Shown here: piece after piece, positions 52,346 through 64,000 of the stretch
Layout of the letters: every line of letters begins with the position of its first letter
Numbering within the stretch: position 1 is the stretch's first letter
Source: Gnetum montanum
Taxonomy: Eukaryota; Plantae; Gnetophyta
Length of the DNA stretch: 64,000 nt
Direction of reading: 5' to 3'
Assembly: GCA_015680685.1 (NCBI GenBank)
Contig: MNCI01002498.1
Location: 416,744-480,743, forward strand
Position numbers and translations under genes: made by a program
Notes under the pieces: model-generated
Seen by the model: only the letters and a program-made list of their open reading frames with translations
Database searches by the model: none
What the model was told of the DNA's origin: nothing

Positions 52346-53385
52346 CTAAGGCCCATTAATAATAATAAATTTTACATCAGAAACAAATACTAGCATAGCA
52401 TATTAATGCAATGAAAAAAAACCAACCACACATCCAAAACCATAATGAAAGGTAATAAACTAAAAGCCCTGAGCCACTACCAAACAGAAGCAAATGCTCA
52501 AGCAATTAATTCCATTACCTTTCATCTCAATTTATACATGTGGTTGCTTATACATGAACCCAAGGTTCATTAAACTGAGACTACTCACAAATTGCCCATA
52601 AACTTAGAAAGGTCTAGTGGCTAATAATGTTGGTATTGCTATCTACTCTCAGAACCACGGCTTCAATGCCAATATGAGAAACAAACCTAAGAATACACAT
52701 CCTTAACCTAGATCCATAGCAAAACATGCATTATTCAATTACATGCTACATTGGAGAAATATATGCACAAAATTACATCCTAGCAATAGACTTGTAGGAA
52801 TAATCCATCATTCAATAAAACCTAGCTATTAACTCGCAAGAACAAACCATCCATCAATAAAACCTAGTAACAAACTCACAAGAACAACATGTTCCATGAA
52901 AATACCAACAAACCTTCAAGAATAAGTCATCCCACGAAATAGCAACAAACTTGCAAAAATAAATTGTCCTGTGAAATAGCAATGAACCTACCTAACAATG
53001 GTACCTATGCAATGTCTAGCACCCCAAGGAATTTTGGATGATCCATTTGGATCTAGGGTGGAAAAACTAGGGAATACACCTACAACAAGGAACAATTTCC
53101 CATTTTGACTTAAAGGAAAGAGATATCCAACACAAGTAGGTCGAAAAATACATACCCCTCTAGGAGATATAAACTAGACCTTGACAAGGATAAGCACAAC
53201 AAACAACACTAAGAACAACATCATTAGGTTGCAATGATGCATCCCTAGTGGCCACCTTACCCCAAACCTGCACAATCTAGTACAAGGTTCGACAAAGAGC
53301 TACACTAGAACTTCCAGTCTAGGCTACCTATATGTCCATGACCACCACAAAATCAAGCTCACACATAGTTCTCCAATAGAAAGAA
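52346..53385 (-). repeat. Old LTR-like segment plus internal module, copy 1
   Basis: 52346-52655 resembles 63428-63710 (shared AGGCCCATTAA, CATTACCTTTCATCTCAATTTATACA, TCTAGTGGCTAATAATGTT). 53020-53385 resembles 62165-62510. Confidence 0.6.
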
Positions 53386-53637
53386 ATAATGAAGAGTGTT
53401 AAAGTATATTCCTAAGTTAAGATACAATCATTAGTTTCTTAACTTAATCTATCAGCAATTATGAATGGTCATGATAGTTCAATGAAAAGTCACAACTCCT
53501 TACAAAGGATAAAAGACCGCAAGTTCTCACTTTGTAACATAAGGATAAGAAGATAGAATAAGATAAGAAGATCAAGTGGAATAAAGTGAAGCACTATGGA
53601 ACAAAAAAGGAATAACAACGAATAACAATGTTCGTAA

Positions 53638-56600
53638 TGAACAGGAATGAGAGAAGAAAAGATTGGAAAAATAATTCTCTCACTTTCTCATTCATCTTGA
53701 ATCAACAATTGCAACAATTTATAGGGAAGAATTACAATAAGAAATCTACTAAATAAGAAACAAGAAATCTGGAAAATAACTGATAGAAATTGATTCTGAG
53801 AATCAACTAATTTTGGTAAGTTGATCCAACTTTATTCTAACTTTCTAACACTCCCCCTCAAGCTAGTGAATAGATATCTATCATTCCCAGCTTGCTAACA
53901 AAAGAATCAAAGCTTGGTCGACATAAAGCCTTCATGAGAATATCAGCTTCTTGCATCTTGGTAAAAATATAGGACAGAGCAATTGTTCCATTGTCAACTT
54001 CATTTTTTATGAAATTCCTGTCAATTCTTACATGTTTCATACAATCATGCTGAATTGGATTTTGGACGATACTAATGGTAGAGTTACTATCACTAAACAA
54101 CCTCATCAAACCACTTTGGGGTATCTTGAGATCTTCCATCAACCTTTGTAGCCAAATGAGTTCACAAATTCCTTGTGCTACAGCTCTGTATTCAGCTTAT
54201 GCACTACTACGTGCTACAATAGATTGTTTTTTCCTTCTCCATGTCACTAAGTTTCCCCAAACCTTGGTACAATACCCTGTAGTAGACTTGCTGTCTTCAA
54301 CAGCTCCAGCCCAATCTACATCAACAAAACCAACAATGTCCTTTTCACTGCACTTCTTGAACAATAGTCCCTTCCCTATGCATATCTTTAGATACCTTAG
54401 AATCTGATTTACAACATCTTGGTGTCTCTTTGTAGGAGCATGTATGAACTGGCTAACAATACTTATGCTGAAAGCAATATCTAGCCTAGTGAGAGACAAA
54501 TAGATGAGTTTACTAACCAAGCATTGATAGCGTTCTCGATTTATAGGAGGATCTTCTTCAGGAGTCTTTTGTTTCTAGTTTCATTCCAAAGGAGTCCATG
54601 TTGGTCTACACCCCATCTTGCTAGTCTCTTTGAGTAAATCCACAATATATTTCCTTTGGAAGATGAAAATCCCTTTCTTGCTTCTAGCAATTTCCATTCC
54701 CAAAAAATACTTCAATGGACCAAGATCTTTGACTCTGAACTCTGCTTGGAGCTTCCTTTCGAGATCTTCGATCTCATGATCATCATCTCCTGTAATCACT
54801 ATATCATCAACATAAACAATAAGGATTGATCTTTTACCATGCTTCCCTTTTTTAACAAAGAAAGTATGATCAACTTGTCCTTGCTCATATCCAAGTTGCT
54901 TCATCACACCACTAAATCGAGTAAACCAAGCTCAGGGAAATTGTTTGAGTCTATAGAGTGACTTCTTTAATTTACATGCTTTACCCATACCTTCTTGAGA
55001 TTCAAAACCAGGTGGCATCCTCATGTAAACTTCTTCTTCCAATGTACCATGTAGGAAGGCATTTTTTATGTTGAGTTGATTCAACCCCCAATCCAAATTT
55101 GCAGCTAAAGACAATAAAACCCTAATAGAATTGAGTTTTGCCACAGGAGCAAATGTTTCTGCATAGTCTATCCCATACATTTGGGTGAACCCTTGTGCCA
55201 CAAGTCTAGCCTTGTATCTTTCAATGCTACCATTAGGACCATACTTGATAGTAAACACCCATTTGCTCCCCACAAGTTTCTTCCCTTCAAGTAAGTGGAC
55301 TATTTCCCATGTTTCATTGTCTTCCAAAGCCTTCGTTTCCTCAATCACAACTTCCTTCCATTTGGAATCTTCCAAAGCCTCAAAGATATCCCTCAAAACT
55401 TGTGTCTCATCAACCTTTGAAAGAAATGCCCTGTAATTACATGATAACTTGGGAGTATGTGAGATAATTAGAAATGGGATATTTTACACATGACCTCACC
55501 CCTTTTCTAAACACAATCGGAAGATCCAAGTCATCAATCTCTTCATTATCATTCATGACCTCAAACTACTCCGGTATACCTCCATCACTTGGTTCTATCA
55601 CCGGTTTGGGCTCTTGGTTTTGTTGAAGAGTTTGTGGCCATCTAGAATATCTCAAAATTGGTTTTGGGTGTGATTCTCCCCCTAGATTTGAATCTGACTC
55701 TTGGACTGATTTGACATGAGGTGTGACATGATTTTCTAATGAGAACTCAGGCATAGCAAGTGGTAGGGATATGATTGAATCCCAGTGTTGCTTTTCTGTA
55801 GGTTGATTCTCCCCCTAAAGAGTAACATTGGGATAAAAGAGTTGGTGTTTGAGAAATGTGACATCACATGATACAAAAACACATTTTAAAGGAGGGTAGT
55901 AGCATTTATACCCTTTCTGTGTAGGAGAATACCCTAAGAATACACACTTGAGGGCTTTTGGATCAAGTTTCCCATGATTTGGTTGAGCATTATGTACATA
56001 TATGACACATCCAAAGACACAAGGTGGAAGAGTGTTGAGAATTTGTGTAGAAGGAAAGGCTGATAAGAGAAGACTTAGTGGAGTTTGGTATTGAAGAGTT
56101 TTAGATGGTACTCGATTAATGAGATATGCAAAGGTGAGAACAGCTTCTTCCCAAAAGGATTGAGGAACATGGCTAGTAAACATAATTGATCAAGGTACCT
56201 CTAGAAGATGTCTATTTTTTCATTCTACAACCCCATTTTTTTGGGGTAGGCACAAGAATTTTGGTGAAAGATTCCATGCTCACTTAAATATGCTTTAAGC
56301 TCCTGAGAAAAATATTCTTTACCATTATTTGAACAAAGAATATGAATTGACAATTGGAAAACATTTGTAACAAGCTTATGGAATTCTTTGAACAGTGAGC
56401 TAACTTCAAATTTATCTCTCATTAGGTACACCCAATATACACAAGTGTGATCGTCTATGAAAGTTACAAACCAACATCCCCCAGTTAAATTTGGTACTCG
56501 TGAAGGACCCCACACATCACTGTGAACAAGATGAAATGGAACAAAAGGTTTATAAGGATGAGGAGGATGAGATGTTTGAATTTGTTTTGTACGAATACAA

Positions 56601-57282
56601 TTATCACACTTGAAAGATGAAGGATCTTTATTAGCAAACATACGGGGACACAAATGTTTCAAATGTGTAAAATTTGGCTGTCCTAGTCTTTTGTGCCAAA
56701 GCATTACCTCAGAATCAGGAATAGACTCAGAAGAGATAAATAAGGTTGTAGGGGATTCAAAATTTGATAGAGAACCAATACCAAGAAGATAATAGAGGCC
56801 ATGTCACTCCTCAGCATTGCCAAGCATCCTCCTCGATGATAGATCCTAAAACTCACAATGAGAAGGAAAAAAGGTCACAACACAATTCACGTCTTTGGTT
56901 AGCTTGCTAACCAAGAGCAAATTGCATTTTAAACTCAAAACATAAAGCACGAATTTTAAAATGAACCCAGGCCTATAGCTGAGCTCAATGAACCATCAGC
57001 CATTATGATTCTAATTTTATCCACACAGTCTTCATACATGCAGAATGCTTCTAATGAACTGGTCATGTGGTTGAAGGCTCCCGTATCTATGATCCAACCA
57101 TTTAAGGAGCCCTCGTAGGACAATAAGGAAGAGACAAGGCTAGTATTACCCTGTTGGGCAACAAGTGCAGTAGGAGCTTTAGGAGTAGCCTCGGTTTCCT
57201 TGCTATTTTGGGCGACATTCAACAATTTCCGGAGTACCTGCAGTTGTTCATCAGTAAACAGGTTTGAGGCAGTATGAACCAT
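53638..57282 (-). mobile_element. 5'-truncated Ty1/copia element
   Basis: 3' LTR 53638-53850 with PPT at 53851-53860. Protease [45 protein letters not shown], RNase H KHVRIDRNFI. No 5' LTR and most of gag absent. Confidence 0.92.
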
Positions 57283-60200
57283 AACAATTCATAAAATTAC
57301 AAAAAACCAAACAGAAGTATGCAGTAATAATAGAAGGTGTTACAAAGCACAAGAGTCGTAATAAGAAATTGAGCTCCAGAACCAAAAGGTAGAAGAAGGG
57401 ACTTGAACAAAAGAAGCAAAAGGATCCAATTTCCTAAATAGGACAAGAAGATCCAAAAGTAAGCCATACATAATCTAGTCTAGTTTCTTAAAGAGGAAAA
57501 GAAGACCATCCAAAGGTTACAATGGAAAAGTAGTAGAAAGACTACAAAGAAGGGGCAGGCCACAATTGAGTTAGTAGTCCATAACCGGCCAAGCTATAGA
57601 TCACTAAGGAACCTAAGAAGGCCCAACCTATGTAAGACTAACCAACCAAGAAATTTCCCATTAGACCTATCATGAGTCACAAGCAAAGGCAGGCATTGTA
57701 AGGATGTAGCCAAAGAGAAGAAGAGACTTACAACAAAGTATTCTATAAAGTCTAGTGAAGTTAAGTCAATAATGACTTAATGAAGTATGAGAGAAGTTTG
57801 TGAAGTTAAGTTTAGGAGGAACTTAACAAAGTACAATGAACCCAATCCAAGAATAAGAGTTCATAATACAATTCAATTATGGACAACAATCATAAGTATA
57901 TTAGAACTTACAATGAAGAAGAGAATATGAAATGCACTACCAAGAGAGCTACATCCCTGAAATACAAGAATTTCTTAGCAAGGCATAACCTGGAGATACG
58001 AGCCCAAAGATGATGTTATGAATTACCAAAATAAGAAACGAATATCAAGTACAACATAACTTTGTTCATCATAAGAGGATTTGTAAGCAACCAATCAATA
58101 AGACTTATGATACTTAGAACTACCAAGAATTATGGAAGAATAGTCACTATTATGAAGAGAGCTATGATCTTATATCTCCATGATATTGATATTACTATAA
58201 GTTATGGAAAGTAAATCTCTTTGTAAAGGATCCTAAGGCATCAACATTGTGTTATGAATGCTAACAAACTTTAACATGGTAGCATAGTGAAAATCTAACA
58301 ATGAGGTAAAGAAAGGAAATAGAGCAGAGCCCCATTGCTCCTTGGAACCACCAAGTTAGTGAGGTCTTTCCTAACACTAGAACATCATTGATGGATGTCC
58401 CCAAGTGTTCAATAGCCCTCGAACCATGGGAAGTAAACAAGGGAACTAACAACCCCAAGGCATTACTTACAACTCTCCCCCGTATGAAGAAAGTGACAAC
58501 CTCAAAGCGAAAACATAGGATGTGCCACAAGAGTACACTTCTTTGGGCAAGTTTGAACTCAAACAATTCTAGAGACTAATAAATTTCCATGGAATCAAGT
58601 TCAATGGAAGGTACCAACCTCAAATCCTAATACACCCCACCAACCAAAGGTTTTAAATGACACAAAAAGAACTAAAAGTAAAGTTATGTAGTTGTCCATC
58701 ACAATAACATGAGAGACTTAGCTAACCAAAAAGATTAGCATTGTAGAGGTGTCCCTTAGGACTACTCTTTCAAGGTCTAGGCGCTCTTGCATCTTACATA
58801 GTCCTGTACCTATGCAAATAGCAATGCTCCCCACCCACAACCTAGCCATAGTCATCAAAATGGCTAATTGGTGCCCTTTGATTTTTTTTAGGCTTGCCAA
58901 GCTTTGCTGCAGTAATGGGCTTGTAAGACCATCCTAGGGATTGCACACTCCAAAAGAGTCATACCACACCATCCAACTTGGAGAATCGTTAGAACACCTT
59001 ATTCCACTTGAAGGCCTAGAAAACAAGCAGCCTCCTCAACTCAGCAACCTATTGCGCTGGAACTTCACATCTATGGTAGGAACTTGAGCTGGTGGAGTGG
59101 AACCCTTAGATATCATCCACCCTGGCAAGGTATATTCAGTTATCCACTGATCTTACCTATAAGCAATAAAACTAACCAGCCAAGCATTCCATGCTGCTAC
59201 TAAGATACACACACATATATATGAATTGCCAACTAAAACAAGACAATGTCATATGTTAGCATCTAGCCCTGCTCATATCTTTCATAGAGGTTCTTCCACT
59301 AAGACCTTGCACAAATCCCCATAGAGGCCAGAGAAAAAGAAATGCATATTTGAAAATGCTCTATACATACATACATACATACAAAGCAACTTGACTTCAA
59401 CTTGGGACCAAAGATGTCAATAATTTCTTATTCAACAACACGTACTCTCCATCTTTGATATGTTTCTTTCACTGATGGAGGCAAGCAGAGGACATATAAA
59501 GAGATTTGAGATAGTGAAGTCCCCAAGAGCGTGGCAAACATTTGCAAGATCAAATATTGTAAAACTCAATTAAAAATATATATGCAGCCAAACATTGAGA
59601 GGAACAAATCAATGAGCCTTTGTTGTCACTGTATCAACTGAACTATAATATCATTTGAACTCCTCCTGTTATACCTTTATTTGAAAATAGAATATTCCCA
59701 CTCGAGGTATGTGCTAGGGATAAATAAAAATTTAAGAGATACTTTTAACTTGATAGCAGGACTTACACAGAATGATGGTGAGCAAGCATGAACTCAGTAT
59801 TAACATGTATTCACTAGGGATAATTTATTATACTGCATTAAGCTTCCAAATTCCAAAACAACAATAGAAATTTTAACACTGAAATGCAGGAAGAGACTAT
59901 GATATCAGGACTTGTATGTGAGGATTACATTTGGAAGCAAGTTTATCAGCGTACATAGCAATTGTCCAACAAAACAACGAGAGAATGTTGCCCTCCATCA
60001 GGGGAATCAAAGGAAAGAAATTTTCACCCGGAACAAATGCAATCTAGAAGATTAAGAATGATGTGAATGTTCTCTATATGTTTTAATAATTTGAATTTCA
60101 ACTGATTTGCTAGGAAGCCTTCGCATCCATCATCTACATAAGGACTTTGCCCATATAACACAGCATTACAAAGGTAAAGGGCCACTTTCCTGCTTGCATT

Positions 60201-62159
60201 GAACTAAATTATGATTTTTAATTTTTAGCTAAGGCTAACTCAACCTACCACCAAAGGAACTAGATCATCTAAGTCAATGGATGGAACACTATAATAACAG
60301 TAGCCATGAATTTGTATATGCCATTGTCAATTGACTGATCCATTAAAGAATTGAAAACAGATACCAAGCCAACGCAAGTCCATCATGACAAGATTTATTT
60401 AGAAGAGTTACTGAATTGATCACGTTTTTCCTGAGATTATAGAGAACTGAGACTGGTCAAGGCACAGAGACTATGAAGAAGAACAATTGTAGAATACTGA
60501 TGCCAAACTCTGATGTACCATGGATTCTAGCGTATTGAACTAGAAATTCAACTAATCTCAATATTCTAAGAAGGTGGTACTGAAAAGAGACTCAAAACTA
60601 AAGTTGACTAGCTGTGTTGATGTGTCTTGAGCTGCTCTAAATATAAATTGGTGAACCATACATCTCAAACTTGTAGATTAATTGACAAATTGTAGCGTCT
60701 GACTCTGCTAAATAAGATTCAAGAAGTTTGGTAAAAAAATCTTATAGTGAATTTAGAGAGAGAGAAAAGAGTCAACATTCATTTTTGAACTCGCAAACGC
60801 CAGAAGCCTCTCATGCAGATGAACATCTCACCAAAGGGGAATACTTATCATTTCTCTTGTAAGAGTGTGTGTTCATCAGGCAGGCCATGATATTGGAACT
60901 TTACAATGAATCCATATACCGGTGGACCAATTTCCACAACCTGTGCACTTGCCCTAAAAGCCTCATCAAACTATCGATGAGGCTTTTAGGGCAAGATAAT
61001 CACAACCTGCCCTCTAAAGCTGTACTGTGGCACCTCATCAACCAAGTTGTTTAGAAAAACTAACATTGGAACTTAGTCATTAATTGATTGTCTGACTAAT
61101 GCAAGTTCTGATCATGGCCTGGAACCAAAGCCTAGTCAATAATTCTCTTTAAACCATACAACTGGACCCCAACTAATGTTTACAAAACCAGCTATCTTAA
61201 ATATAATTAGTATATAACTTTGGATGAGCATTGAGGCTCCAGGACCCTGGTTAGTGGGATGATCCTTTTATATAACTTCAGATGCAATTTCCCATTTTTG
61301 CTCTAAGAATAGTGCCATGAAGCTGCCATTTTGGAGTTTTTCCTTTGATATGTGAGTAACACTTATTAAGAAATCACTTAAAAAATCTTCAAATATTGTA
61401 GACCACCATCTAAGATATCACAGTAACAAATGGAACGTTTTTAATAAACACAAAAGTATTGAAGGTAGGAAAAGAATTTAATTCGCTTACTAATTGGTCT
61501 ACTTATAAAAGATTGGTAATTGGTCCACCCATCCATTCTAAGGAAGTAGGGGCAAAGCATTAATCCCCAAATCATAAATTGAAGCTCCTTGAAAAATCAG
61601 TAAATTTTCATGAGTACAAGGATCTCATCCATACCCTGCCCTAAAATGTAAGCAACTATAGCATATCTTGACTATGTGGTAAAGCAAAGAGGAGGCTTCA
61701 TCCTGGATGAATCCCTGAATACTTGGGATAGAGAGTTCCCTAAACAACATTATGTCTATTGTCAAAAAAAAAAAAAAAAACTCCCATCCAACCTAACAAA
61801 AGAAGAACCATCCTCCACCAGGTATTGAAAATGTAATGGAAACTCAATGGAACAAGAGTTCAGATAAGCCCATGTATTCTATCTAGTCTGACTTGACCTA
61901 GGACAAGCATCAAAAACCATGGCATAGGCTTCAAGCATGATAAATGCCACAAAGGCATTATAAAAGAGTGAATCATATCAACCACAAGAAGCAAAAACCC
62001 TCATGATCCAATATCAATAATAATAACCAACTAGTAGAACCATAGAATAAAAACCTCACAAACCAAAATTCAAAATCATAATATACTAGAGAGAGATCAC
62101 TCACAATGCAAATCTTAAGATGATCTGATCCCATATATAGCCATACTACCCCAAGCAAC

Positions 62160-63740
62160 GTCCAACACCCTAGAGAATTCTTTTGGATCCATTCAAATCT
62201 AGAGCGGAAGACCTACAACAAAGAATCACATTTGACTTTGACTCAAAGGAAGGAGACATCTAACACATTGGTCACAAGATAAGCATATGCCTCTATGAGA
62301 TATTAACTAGGCTCCAACAAGAATAAGCACAACAAGAAATGTCAATGACATCTGTAGGTTTCAATGATGCATCCCCAACAAATGCCTCATCCCTAAATCC
62401 CTTATGATCAGTATAAGGTTCAGCAAGGATCTACACCAGAACTCCCAATCCAAGCTACGTATATAAACATGACCACCATGAAATCAGGCTCACATCTAGC
62501 TCTTCAAGAGAGAGGAATGATGATATAAGGTAGAGAGAGGAAATAGGGTGGAGCTCCACTGTTCTTTTGAACTACCAAGTTGGTGAGGTTTTGCCTAATA
62601 TTGGTGAGGTTAACGGATATCCCCTAATGTTCTACAACCATAAAACTATGAAAAAGTATTAGGGGAACGACCAACCTTGAGCAGGCCCTTATAACCTATA
62701 AGAATAATTCATCCTACAAAACCATGGATCTCACTGATCTAGCCACAAATCCTTTTGATATGCAACCACATGTAACTACTACTAACATGACTTTCAACTA
62801 CACTTGGTCATACAGCTATCACAACCAGTTGAAACCACCAATGTTAGTTGTTGTCCTTGATACCAAAGCACACCCTTCTCCTTCATTGTCAATGTTGCTA
62901 TCATCATCTGTAGTTTTTGCAATTGTGGTTGTGCTACATAAACCTACAATGCCATTGATTTCACCAACATGTTGTAGTACTCCTATGGCTCCTGCTACAC
63001 TGCTACATTGTTGACCAAGTTAGCGGCAAATCCTACCACAACTACAACCCTATTCATCACAAGCAGTAACATAGTTTCATAAGCGACAAATACACTACCC
63101 TCAATGTTGAATTGCTTTGCATGCTGAAATCCTTGCTCATCTAATCTAAAGACCATACTTGTCTTCATTGTGGCCATCACACGTGCATGTTGCATTTATA
63201 GCTCACCTCACTGCTACATATGAGCCTATTATTTACTAGTGTAAAACCTTCATCTACAGAAAACCCTCGTAGACTAACAATGAAGTTGTCTTTTGTGTAT
63301 GCACACCTTGCACAAAGCCTGAATCTAAGGAATTGGTAGCTAGATCTACGATTAGCATTATTTTGCTTTGCAAAAATGCTACCAACTTCATTGTTGCTTT
63401 TGAATTATGCAAGCTCTAATACCGCTATTAGGCCCATTAACAATAACAAATTTGCAAATCAGCAATAAATATTAGCACAATGGACTAATACAATGAAAAC
63501 AAAACCAAACATCTTCAAAGCCATCATGAAAAGTGAGAAACTAAAAGTAAATACTGAAACCCTATCAAACTGGGGCAATCACTTAAGAAATCAATTTCAT
63601 TACCTTTCATCTCAATTTATACACTGAACCTAGACTATTATCCATTCACCTAGAAACTTCTAGAAAAATCTAGTGGCTAATAATGTTAGCATTGTTATCT
63701 AATCTAACAAAAACAACATGAAAGAACTCAAAGAAACCTA
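62160..63740 (-). repeat. Old internal module plus PBS-like site plus LTR-like segment, copy 2
   Basis: Minus-strand CGGTATTAGAGCT (about 63411-63423) resembles the iMet PBS and adjoins the LTR-like segment. Similar to 52346-53385. Confidence 0.55.
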
Positions 63741-63799
63741 TTTCTAGGTCCTTGTTAAATAAAATATACAACTCATGAGCTTCTTCTTGTTAACTGTAG

Positions 63800-64000
63800 A
63801 CAAGTCCGAGACAATGCCAACTTGACCGGGCACACGAGCACAGTGCCCGCCAGTGGCTTAGGGGGGGGCAATGCCCATACCTCATCTTGGGCATCAGCTA
63901 TGAGAGCTCCTGGGGGGAGCTTTGGAGACATATCCGACGAACCTCCGCGCGCTTTCATCCGGACGCGGGGGATTCACCGGCAAACCGGAGCAGGCGGGAG
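63800..64000 (+). mobile_element. LINE F: heavily 5'-truncated copy (coil end plus J-domain), running off the window
   Basis: QLDRAHEHSARQWLRGGQCPYLILGISYESSWGELWRHIRRTSARFHPDAGDSPANRSRRE, with HPD at 63956-63964. Closely similar to 18650-18830. Confidence 0.85.

Noticed and set aside
52800-52990. CRISPR-like array
   Set aside because: It is a degenerate tandem repeat without unique spacers, in eukaryotic DNA.
57283-59130. Degenerate segment abutting the truncated copia, possibly LINE ORF1-like on minus
   Set aside because: There is no convincing motif, terminus or TSD, so it is left unassigned.
59200-62100. Possible upstream PXA-domain exons
   Set aside because: No segment had both splice sites and PXA-like sequence by eye. 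A small exon could have been missed.

Overview
Land-plant genomic DNA. The window holds seven minus-strand exons of a PXA/PX/Nexin_C-type sorting-nexin-like gene: five at 49824-52091 and two at 2243-3134. They splice into one open frame across a 46,689-bp GT-AG intron (3135-49823). That intron is filled with nested retroelements: an Athila-like Ty3/gypsy element, a complete Ty1/copia element, a solo LTR, a truncated copia LTR+PBS, and six copies of one L1-clade LINE group. A seventh LINE copy starts at the right edge, and a truncated minus-strand copia lies at 53.6-57.3 kb. The main finding is the LINE architecture. After APE-RT-zf-RVT there is no RNase H. The frame instead continues into a plant-transposon-type domain (Transposase_32/PMD-like, judged by eye), a long charged coiled coil and a C-terminal DnaJ-like J-domain. 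The HPD motif is intact in two copies and one transition away in three others. One copy also shows twin-priming-type 5' inversion geometry inside a 16-bp target-site duplication (TSD). All protein assignments come from manual translation and motif recognition; no searches were run.
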